A stretch of 43,255 nucleotides of DNA, from contig DATALK010000184.1 in the NCBI GenBank assembly GCA_036261085.1, positions 1 through 43,255 on the forward strand. Reading direction: 5' to 3'. Of the stretch, positions 27,018-35,076 are shown piece after piece. The first letter of the stretch is position 1, and each line of letters begins with the position of its first letter. Under the pieces are notes generated by a model that saw nothing but the letters and a program-made list of their open reading frames with translations, was not told the origin of the DNA and did not search any database. A program made the translations under genes and the position numbers. The stretch comes from Phototrophicaceae bacterium. GTDB taxonomy: Bacteria > Chloroflexota > Anaerolineae > Aggregatilineales > Phototrophicaceae.

Positions 27018-29227
27018 GGGGTTAACGCGGGTGCAGCAACGCGCATCAACCGATCTTCAGATAATCCCGGCACATATGGCGCATAATACAGGTCAAACTG
27101 CGCCCACAACGCCAACCCAAACGGGCTGGCTTGCGCGGCCTCCGTAAAAAAGTGTTCTTGAATCAAATCAATCACCCGGACATCTTCCGGTTCGACGTAA
27201 AAAGCGTGGTCCGCACCGAGGGGCAGTCGTTGCAAATCCAGGACGGTTAATTCATTGGCGTTCATAAAATCCACTTGCAGACTGTCATTCATAAAACGCA
27301 GCAGGCCGGTGATATAATCTTCTGGCAGTGGCTGGCTGCTAATCAGATGGATGCGCGTTGTGGGGGGAAAATCCAACGAACGCAGCATGGCGTCCTGGCC
27401 GTCTCGATAACGCAGAATTTCCCGAAACTGGTGGTTATAGGTGGGGAGGTGGACGTTAAAGTAATAATTGACCTGGGCCACCGCCAGCACCACCGCGACT
27501 GCGCCGCCGACCAGCGCTGGCGGCACTCGTCCTGGCATCAGCAGCGTCGGCACATACCGAATGCCAATGGCGGCCAGCAGCATCAGCGCCGGGAAAACCA
27601 CCACATAACGCGGCGACTGCGTCGGATCCGCCAGCAAAGTATTCCCTACCGACACCGCCAGCAGCCACAAAATCAACAGCAAAAATCCGGGTTTGCGCAC
27701 TTGCCCCAATGCCCAGGTCAGTCCCAACAAAACCGCTGGAACCATAAAAGCCAGCAGCAGCGGGGTATATCCGGCATAAAACAAAGTGCTGTCCGGCTGG
27801 CGTCCATACACCAGGAACGACGGCACGAGCCGCTGTTCAACATACGCTCGAACATCAAAAACACCCTGGGTTGTCGGCAGGGCATACTCGGAATTCAGGC
27901 GGGGGGTCAACGGATTGCCGGAAGCGGCCAGGGTGTAATAAATCGGCAGCGCCACACACACCGCCGCCAACACCAATATCAACACGCTGGAACGATTCGG
28001 GAGTTGGGAATATAACGTTGTTCGGGTCTTACCCCGGCCCATCAGCCACATTCCGACCAACCAGGCAATTACCAACACCGGATACAGCAACCGCCCGCCT
28101 TCGTAAAAATACTGAGTCAGGCCCAGCGTTATTCCGGCCAGAGCATAATCCCGCCGCCGCCCGAAGTTCATTCCTTGCGCCAGAAACGCCAGCGCCAGTG
28201 TCCCAAACAAGGGGTCAGCGATATTGTTAATCCCAATCCGGCTGAAGTTGAGATGGGGCGGAAACGTCGCCAGCAGCAGCGCGGCGATCAGCGCTGTCGG
28301 ACGCTCAAATAACGCTCGCCCCAGCAGATAAACCGCCGGAATTGTCAGCGCACCCAAAATCGCGCTCACCGCCCGCAGACCGGTAAAGTTCCGGCCAAAA
28401 ACATGAACCGCCAGCGATTGCCAGTAGGGGAACATATACGAAAAAGTCGTGATATTGCCAAACGGTGACAACAGCTTAATATCGGCGTTTGACCATGATG
28501 CCTGGATGGGGAGAACCAGATGAAGTTCATCCACCAGCACCCGCACGCTGGTATCCACCTGCCAGAAGCGCAGCGCTAACGCCAGAATGGTGAGAACCAC
28601 CACCACCACCATTTCGCGCCGCTGGTGGACAGCGGGCAAGCGAACTGGCAACCGAAAACCGCCCAAACCCAACCCCAGCAACCCGATTCCAGCACCCAAC
28701 AGCCCAAACTGGGCGTTCGTCGAAATTGAATCCAGCACCGGCCACGCTAGTGCCCGCCCATTGATTTCCGCCAGCAGCAGGAGTAACAAAAAACCGGCGA
28801 TAGTCATTATTGGCTGAATTTTAGAATGCGATTCGCTCACGGGCACAACAGCGGTGAGCGGTTCAGGCAGCTCACGCAAATGCAGCGCAAAAATCAGAGC
28901 AACTCCGCCCAGCAGCAATGCCACCACCGCGCGGATCAGCGGTTGTTCGGCCTGTTGCAACGCCGACGCGGAAAATACCATCAATCCGACTGCCGCCAGC
29001 GCCAATCCCACCGACCACAAAATCTGCTGGAGCGGGCGCGCCGCCGGGGAGACTTTAACCGGCGCATCCTCCCCTATCGAGGTTACAATGATTGACGATT
29101 TCCGCGCGGAGGAATGCCGAAACCGTCGCCAGCCCACCAGGGCCGCACTCCCCGCTGCGACCAGGAATAGCCACCCCCCGCTACGAAACCCGCTGCTGCT
29201 GTCCTTCGGTAACGAGCGCCTGGTCAT
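26993..29227 (-). CDS. GT-C glycosyltransferase (ArnT/GT39-like) with N-terminal membrane extension
   Basis: ALRFWQV...VLVDE, GLRAVSAILGALT, P.HLNFSRIG, YFYEGGR. Start uncertain (ATG 29227 or 29281). 25-nt convergent overlap with the plus-strand GT-C. Confidence 0.8.
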   Translation of the reverse strand: MTRRSLPKDSSSGFRSGGWLFLVAAGSAALVGWRRFRHSSARKSSIIVTSIGEDAPVKVSPAARPLQQILWSVGLALAAVGLMVFSASALQQAEQPLIRAVVALLLGGVALIFALHLRELPEPLTAVVPVSESHSKIQPIMTIAGFLLLLLLAEINGRALAWPVLDSISTNAQFGLLGAGIGLLGLGLGGFRLPVRLPAVHQRREMVVVVVLTILALALRFWQVDTSVRVLVDELHLVLPIQASWSNADIKLLSPFGNITTFSYMFPYWQSLAVHVFGRNFTGLRAVSAILGALTIPAVYLLGRALFERPTALIAALLLATFPPHLNFSRIGINNIADPLFGTLALAFLAQGMNFGRRRDYALAGITLGLTQYFYEGGRLLYPVLVIAWLVGMWLMGRGKTRTTLYSQLPNRSSVLILVLAAVCVALPIYYTLAASGNPLTPRLNSEYALPTTQGVFDVRAYVEQRLVPSFLVYGRQPDSTLFYAGYTPLLLAFMVPAVLLGLTWALGQVRKPGFLLLILWLLAVSVGNTLLADPTQSPRYVVVFPALMLLAAIGIRYVPTLLMPGRVPPALVGGAVAVVLAVAQVNYYFNVHLPTYNHQFREILRYRDGQDAMLRSLDFPPTTRIHLISSQPLPEDYITGLLRFMNDSLQVDFMNANELTVLDLQRLPLGADHAFYVEPEDVRVIDLIQEHFFTEAAQASPFGLALWAQFDLYYAPYVPGLSEDRLMRVAAPALTPQASNSSK

Positions 29228-31082
29228 GGTGGGTATGAAGCTCCTCAAACTGCCGCCGGTAAAGTTGGGCGTAAAGGCCATTTTGAGCTAACAACTGCTC
29301 GTGTGTCCCATCCTCGACCACCCGCCCCTGCTGCATCACCAGAATGCGGTCTGCATCCCGCACGGTACTCAGACGGTGGGCGATAATCAAACTGGTACGG
29401 TTCGCCAACACCTGCGCCAAGCCTTCCTGAATCAGCGCTTCGGTTTCCGTGTCAATGCTGCTGGTCGCCTCGTCCAGCACCAGAATACTGCCGGGGCTAT
29501 GAATGAGCGCTCGCGTCAGGGCCAATAGCTGCCGCTGCCCTTGCGACAGATTAGCGCCCCCTGGCAGCAGTTCATAGTTATAACTATCCGGCAGTCGTTC
29601 AATAAAGGCTGCCGCCCGCGCCGTCTGGGCCGCTGCAATCATCTGCGCATCGGTGACATCATTATCAAACAGGCGCAGATTATCGGCAACTGTCCCGTTA
29701 AAACAGTAAGGGTTTTGGGGAACTACGGTCACATAATGGCGCAAATCGGCCAGTTTGAGATCGCGCACATCCACACCATCAATCCGCACATGCCCCGCGT
29801 CCACATCATAAAACCGCGACAGCAAACCCGCGAGCGAGGTTTTACCGGCCCCCGTTGCGCCCACAATCGCCACTCGCTGCCCCGCCGGAATGTGAAGATC
29901 CACCGCGCGCAGCACCGGCATCTCTGGTTCATAACTAAAGTGGACTTGTTCCAGCGTAATCGTGCCGCGAAACTCCGGGATAGTTTGGGGCTGTTCGGGG
30001 TCCACAATGTGCGGCTCAACCTTGAGCATTTTAGCAATGCGTTCGCCAGCAGAAAGCGCCTGCTGAATCTGTGCGAACTGCTCCGTCAATTGCAAAATGG
30101 GTTCAAAACTGCGCCGGGTGTATTCAATAAACGAGATTAACATGCCCAGCGTCGCCCACCCCGCCAATACGCCCTGGCCGCCGCCATACAGCACAATCGC
30201 TAATCCGGCGGAGGTTAGCAGTTGCAGTACGGAAGCATACACCGTATACACATCCCGCAGGTTGGAATGGATGTTTTTATATTCCTGGTTGATGGCATCA
30301 AATTCCGCCCGGCTCAATTCCTGCCGGTTGAACAACTGCACAATCAACATGCCGTTAAACTGCTCGTTGATAAACGCCAGATATTCCCCGACCAACTTAT
30401 GGAACGCGCTTGATAGCCCGCGTATTTTGCGCCGGAAATACACCGTCAGCACGATCATGATGGGCATCAGACACAGGCCCAACAGCGCCAACCGCCAGTT
30501 GAGCAGGAACATCACCCCGATTAACCCCACCAGCGTCACCAGATTGCTGGCAACCACCACAATACTGGTAGAAACCAGCTCGGTCAGGGCATCCACATCA
30601 TTGGAAAAACGCGAGACCAACTGCCCCACCGGCGTCGTATTAAAAAAGCGCATATCCTGCTTGATGATGTGTTCAAACAACGTTTGCCGCATAGCGACCA
30701 GCGCGTTCTGGCCGACAGTTTGCAGCAGGTACGTGTGTCCAAAACGCAGCACAAACAGCACCAAAACCGACACAAAATACACCACACCATACGGAATTAG
30801 GCCGTTTAAATCCCCGGTGTTAATTGGCCCGTCCACCGCCCGTTGAATCAGGTAGGGTGGCAGCAGTGACAGCGCCGTTACCGCCGCCAGCATCACAAAC
30901 ACCAGCAGCAGTTCGCGCCAGTAGGGTTTAACAAACTGCCCCAGCATCAAAATCAGATAACGGTCTGAAAATTTATCCTGGCGTAAATCCGCTTCGCTTT
31001 GTAATTTTAGTGGATTCGGCTGAGCAGCTCCAACAACGGCGCCGCTCCGTTTTTCCAAATCGTTTTGTTTAACCTTTGCCAT
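29181..31082 (-). CDS. ABC exporter fused permease/ATPase, subunit B of a heterodimer
   Basis: GATGAGKT, degenerate signature LSQGQRQ, consensus LVLDEATS, IAHR. Confidence 0.92.
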   Translation of the reverse strand: MAKVKQNDLEKRSGAVVGAAQPNPLKLQSEADLRQDKFSDRYLILMLGQFVKPYWRELLLVFVMLAAVTALSLLPPYLIQRAVDGPINTGDLNGLIPYGVVYFVSVLVLFVLRFGHTYLLQTVGQNALVAMRQTLFEHIIKQDMRFFNTTPVGQLVSRFSNDVDALTELVSTSIVVVASNLVTLVGLIGVMFLLNWRLALLGLCLMPIMIVLTVYFRRKIRGLSSAFHKLVGEYLAFINEQFNGMLIVQLFNRQELSRAEFDAINQEYKNIHSNLRDVYTVYASVLQLLTSAGLAIVLYGGGQGVLAGWATLGMLISFIEYTRRSFEPILQLTEQFAQIQQALSAGERIAKMLKVEPHIVDPEQPQTIPEFRGTITLEQVHFSYEPEMPVLRAVDLHIPAGQRVAIVGATGAGKTSLAGLLSRFYDVDAGHVRIDGVDVRDLKLADLRHYVTVVPQNPYCFNGTVADNLRLFDNDVTDAQMIAAAQTARAAAFIERLPDSYNYELLPGGANLSQGQRQLLALTRALIHSPGSILVLDEATSSIDTETEALIQEGLAQVLANRTSLIIAHRLSTVRDADRILVMQQGRVVEDGTHEQLLAQNGLYAQLYRRQFEELHTHHDQALVTEGQQQRVS

Positions 31083-32835
31083 CGGCGGTTTCCCTGTCTT
31101 CTCGGAGTTCACGTTCAACCATGCGGGCATACAAACCATCCTGAGCAACCAGGGCTTCATGGGTTCCCTGTTCCTCAATCCGGCCCTCCGCCATCACCAC
31201 AATAAAATCGGCATCTTTTACGGTGGCAATCCGATGCGCGATAATCAAACTGGTGCGGGAACGCAGCACGCTCCGTAAATCGGTGAGAATATCTGCTGCC
31301 GTATGGGTATCCACGCTGGACAGCGCATCATCCAGCACCAGGATCGCCGGGTCGCGCACAATCGCCCGCGCAATTGCCACCCGCTGTTTTTGCCCGCCGG
31401 AGAGCATCACCCCTTTTTCGCCCACCAGCGTATCCAGGCCGCGTGGCAGTTGCGATAAATCGTTGCTCACCCGCGAGATATAAATCGCCTGCTGGAAATC
31501 GTCGTCGCTGATGTCGTCCATGCCCATGCTCACATTTTGGTGCAGCGGTTGGCTGAACAAAAACGTGGACTGGGGCACATACGCAATGGCACGGCGCAAA
31601 TCTTCCAGGGCGAGATCGCGCACATCCGCGCCATCCAGCAGCACCCGACCTTCCGTGGGGTCAAGCACCCGCGCCAGCAAATTAACCAGCAGGGTTTTGC
31701 CGCAGCCGGTTGGCCCAACCAGCGCTACCACTGACCCGGCAGGAATCCGCAGCGAAATGTTCCGCAGCAACCAGGTGTCCTCGACCTGCACCCCAACAGC
31801 TTCAAACACAATTTCGCCGCGCGGCGTGTCTAACGGTTGGGCTTCGGCCTCGTTACGAATTTGTGCCTGTTGCAGCAGCGGCGTCAGCCGCACCAATGCG
31901 CCGAGGGTTTGCTGGTAACGCTGGTAAATCGTGCCGAGTTGCAGCAGCACCTGGCCGATTAGCGCCAGATACACCAGAAATTGCACGAAGTTACCGAGGG
32001 TCAGCGCCCCGTTGAGCGCCAGCACCCCGCCGAACAACACCACAACGGCAGCGGTGAGTTCACTAATCATATTCGGCAGCATCCCCACCGGCTCGTTGCG
32101 CCGCCGGAAATATAACCAGCGGCGGCGATATTCCAGGTTTCTGTCGCGGTAGGCCGCAGCAACGCCTGCCTCTTTCCCAAAAGTTTTGATGGTCTGAATA
32201 CCGCTGGCCGCATCCTGTACCAGCGCCGCCAGCACCCCGGCCTGGTCTTGCACCTTCTCAAACACTGGCGCGAGGACTCGTCCGGCCCGTAACTGAAACG
32301 TCGTGGAAATACTCAGTACCACAAAAACGACCAGCGTCAGCGGCAGGTTAATGGTTCCCAATAAAATAAAGGTGGCAATCACCGTGAACAGGGCGCTGCC
32401 AAAGCGCGTAAAACCAATTGCCAGCAAGCGCCAGATCATTTCGGTATCGGCGTGCATTCGAGAAATGAGATCGCCTGTCGGATAACGCTGGTAAAAGCCC
32501 TGGTCGAGCGTGAGCAGGTTATCAAAGAGCGTCTGGCGAATGTCAAAATTAACCGAGTACGCCACCTGTCCGCTGTAGTGCCGCTGGCCGAAAAAAGCGA
32601 TCACGGTAATCACGGACAAACCAATGAGAATCAGGGCGTCTATTCCGATTTGTTCCAGGGGAACCTGATGGCGAATGTGGTCAACGACCACCCCCATCAG
32701 ATAGGGGGTCGCGGCAGAAGCGATTCCGGCGACGGTGCCGGACAGCAGCGCCCCGGCAGCCGCGCCGCGATGCGCCCCGATAAAGCGCAGCAACCAGCGC
32801 GCATCCGCCTGGGGCGTTTGAGTTTGGACGGTCAC
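31069..32835 (-). CDS. ABC exporter fused permease/ATPase, subunit A of a heterodimer
   Basis: GPTGCGKT, LSGGQKQR, degenerate Walker B LVLDD, IAHR; asymmetric TmrAB/YheIH-like pair. Confidence 0.92.
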   Translation of the reverse strand: MTVQTQTPQADARWLLRFIGAHRGAAAGALLSGTVAGIASAATPYLMGVVVDHIRHQVPLEQIGIDALILIGLSVITVIAFFGQRHYSGQVAYSVNFDIRQTLFDNLLTLDQGFYQRYPTGDLISRMHADTEMIWRLLAIGFTRFGSALFTVIATFILLGTINLPLTLVVFVVLSISTTFQLRAGRVLAPVFEKVQDQAGVLAALVQDAASGIQTIKTFGKEAGVAAAYRDRNLEYRRRWLYFRRRNEPVGMLPNMISELTAAVVVLFGGVLALNGALTLGNFVQFLVYLALIGQVLLQLGTIYQRYQQTLGALVRLTPLLQQAQIRNEAEAQPLDTPRGEIVFEAVGVQVEDTWLLRNISLRIPAGSVVALVGPTGCGKTLLVNLLARVLDPTEGRVLLDGADVRDLALEDLRRAIAYVPQSTFLFSQPLHQNVSMGMDDISDDDFQQAIYISRVSNDLSQLPRGLDTLVGEKGVMLSGGQKQRVAIARAIVRDPAILVLDDALSSVDTHTAADILTDLRSVLRSRTSLIIAHRIATVKDADFIVVMAEGRIEEQGTHEALVAQDGLYARMVERELREDRETADGKG

Positions 32836-32918
32836 AGATACATCCTCCCTATTAGCGGCAGGACTTGGTATCGTATCAGCCCGTCCCGGAAGCGTAAAGT
32901 ACCAATGGGTCTATTTGG

Positions 32919-34898
32919 TTACAACGCCGTTTCCATCTCCAGGTATTCCTGCCGCACAATGTCCGCCGCCGTAATCCCCAGAATTTGCATCATTTCCTGA
33001 ATGCGATCCGCTTTATTTTCGGCGTCCGACTTTGACCAGGTACGGCTCTTTAACTCAATGAAGGTCTGCGGCAGCTCTGGTGAAATCAAACGATCAACAT
33101 TGACGTAAAACAACACGCCTTGAAACAGAATGTGCCAGCGCTGGCGATCTTTTTGCAGTTCGCGTTCCGAGGTTGGCTCAAAATATTCGCGGTAAAAACG
33201 CAGTGGGCGGTTCGCCTGGGCAATAAACCGCGAATGGGACAGCGAAATTGACCGCTGGAACTCGTCTTCTTTCGTCGGCAGCGTAAACGTCAAGCGCGTC
33301 CGCACGGAAGTTACATCATCTTTATCATCAATGCGGTCATCTTCCCGGTAGCGCACCCGGCCTTTGTCAGCGTCATCAAACAGGAAATAAGTATCATACT
33401 GGCGGTAGTGTTTGTTATCTAACACCTGCACATCCGGGTGTTTCAGTAATTTTTCCATCACGTCGGCGTTGGGAATGCTGGCCTTCACCTGCACCTCAAA
33501 ACTCTCGCCCTGTTCAATGCCACCGATTGCCAGCAGTTTACTGAGAACATCTTCCTCCCGCGCCGCCAGGAATTGGTCAATCCGCTGGGCATACTCCGCC
33601 GCCTGTTTTAACAGCGTCTCCTCATTCACCGTCAACAGTTGGCGATCCCGCATCAACCACTGGCCGTTACAAATAACGTGCCGGACATCGGTGCTTTTCC
33701 CGGCATACACCAACCGCGAATACACCGCGTTTGGATCCCGGCTGAACTGGGGCACATTATGCACCGGATTTGCATCTACGGTAATCACATCGGCTAATTT
33801 GCCGGGTTCCAGGCTGCCCACGCTGTCGCCCATAAACAGCGCTTCCGCGCCCATCCGGGTTGCCATCAGCAGTGCTTGCCGCGCCGGGAGCGTCGTTGGG
33901 TCGTTCGCGTCCGTCTTTGCCAGAATCGCCGCCAACCGCACTTCCTCAAACATATCCAGGTCATTGTTGCTGGCGGTGCCATCCGTGCCAATGCCAACGG
34001 TTAAATTTTGCGCCAACATCTGCGTCACCGGTGCGATTCCCGACGCGAGTTTCAGATTACTCGTCGGGCAGTGCGCCACCGTCGTGTGATGTTCGTGCAG
34101 AATCCGCATTTCCCCACTGTTGATATGCACGCAGTGCGCCGCCAGCACTTTAGCATCCAGCAAACCCACCGAATGCACCCAGGGCACAACCGTCATGCCA
34201 TACACATCAACGTTATCATCCACTTCCAGCTTGGTTTCGGAAATGTGGATCAGAATCGGGACATCATAAGCTTTGGCGAGTTCCGCGCACTCGCGCAAAA
34301 TTTCTTCTGTCGTGGAATAGACCGCATGGGGCGCAATTGCCGGGGTAATCAGCGGATGGCCGCGCCACTTCTCGATAAACTGCGCCGCGTAATCCAGGCT
34401 AAACTCATAAGATTCCGCATCCGGCGTGGGAAACTTCAACACCGACTGCCCCAACACGCCGCGCAGTCCGGCAGCGGCGGTGGCTTCAGCCACATCCCCT
34501 TCGTAATAATACATATCGGCAAAACTGGTCACGCCGCTGCGGATCATCTCCGCACACGCCAAACCTGTCCCGACCCGGCAGAAGTCCGGGTTCACAAACT
34601 CGCGCTCGGTGGGCATCATGTAACCCATCAGCCACACGTCCAACCGGCGATCATCGGCCAGACCGCGCAGCAGGGTCATGGGAACGTGGGTATGGGCATT
34701 TACCAGCCCCGGCATAATATACTGCCCGGCGCAGTCTACCACCCGCTCGGCCTCATACTGCGCGGCAATCTCCGCACTCCCCCCCACCGCTACAATTTTT
34801 GCGTCCTTAATCGCTACCGCCCCATCGGCAATCACATCAAACTGCTGGTTCATGGTGACGACGGTGCCGCCCGTTAAAATGGTTTCTACTTTTTCCAC
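32919..34898 (-). CDS. mtaD: MTA/SAH (5'-deoxyadenosine) deaminase-like amidohydrolase fused to a CYTH-like C-terminal domain
   Basis: PGLVNAHTH..M..LRG.ADD, FADMY, APHA.Y, IHISET, AHC, HCPTSNLKLASG, GTDG..SNN; tail EVQVK..QYDTYF..RVRYRE..FIELK. GTG 34898 with GAGGAG RBS. Confidence 0.75.
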   Translation of the reverse strand: MEKVETILTGGTVVTMNQQFDVIADGAVAIKDAKIVAVGGSAEIAAQYEAERVVDCAGQYIMPGLVNAHTHVPMTLLRGLADDRRLDVWLMGYMMPTEREFVNPDFCRVGTGLACAEMIRSGVTSFADMYYYEGDVAEATAAAGLRGVLGQSVLKFPTPDAESYEFSLDYAAQFIEKWRGHPLITPAIAPHAVYSTTEEILRECAELAKAYDVPILIHISETKLEVDDNVDVYGMTVVPWVHSVGLLDAKVLAAHCVHINSGEMRILHEHHTTVAHCPTSNLKLASGIAPVTQMLAQNLTVGIGTDGTASNNDLDMFEEVRLAAILAKTDANDPTTLPARQALLMATRMGAEALFMGDSVGSLEPGKLADVITVDANPVHNVPQFSRDPNAVYSRLVYAGKSTDVRHVICNGQWLMRDRQLLTVNEETLLKQAAEYAQRIDQFLAAREEDVLSKLLAIGGIEQGESFEVQVKASIPNADVMEKLLKHPDVQVLDNKHYRQYDTYFLFDDADKGRVRYREDDRIDDKDDVTSVRTRLTFTLPTKEDEFQRSISLSHSRFIAQANRPLRFYREYFEPTSERELQKDRQRWHILFQGVLFYVNVDRLISPELPQTFIELKSRTWSKSDAENKADRIQEMMQILGITAADIVRQEYLEMETAL

Positions 34899-34968
34899 CG
34901 CGCCTGCTCCTCGTGAACGTGATAAAATTGGCGGGATTATAATCTGTGTTGTCCGATTTGCAACCAAT

Positions 34969-35075
34969 GCGAATGTAACCGTAGGGACATTCGCCTGCGG
35001 CGAGATTAAGGCCAGAAGTTTCGCCTGCATTTCCAGAAATCAGAATTGCAGCAATTCAGAAGGTAAAATTTCAGA
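34969..35075 (-). repeat. Short TCTGA repeats and overlapping hairpins downstream of the TIR-NACHT-FGE gene
   Basis: TCTGA x3 (35075, 35060, 35044 on minus); GAATTGC-x-GCAATTC; TCGCC-GCA-GGCGA (35003-34991); GCGAATGT-10nt-ACATTCGC. Confidence 0.55.
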
Positions 35076-35076
35076 A

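Noticed and set aside
27275-34877. Long plus-strand ORFs (27275..28015, 30097..30846, 33412..34089, 34008..34877)
   Set aside because: Antisense shadows of well-supported minus-strand genes, as expected in GC-rich DNA.
32919-34898. Functional link between the adenosine-type deaminase and a terpene-nucleoside pathway
   Set aside because: About 20 kb away in a separate transcription unit, and the adenosine acceptor is itself unproven.
34900-35076. DGR template repeat or complete DGR cassette
   Set aside because: No AAC-rich second copy of the variable region, no RT and no avd in the window.
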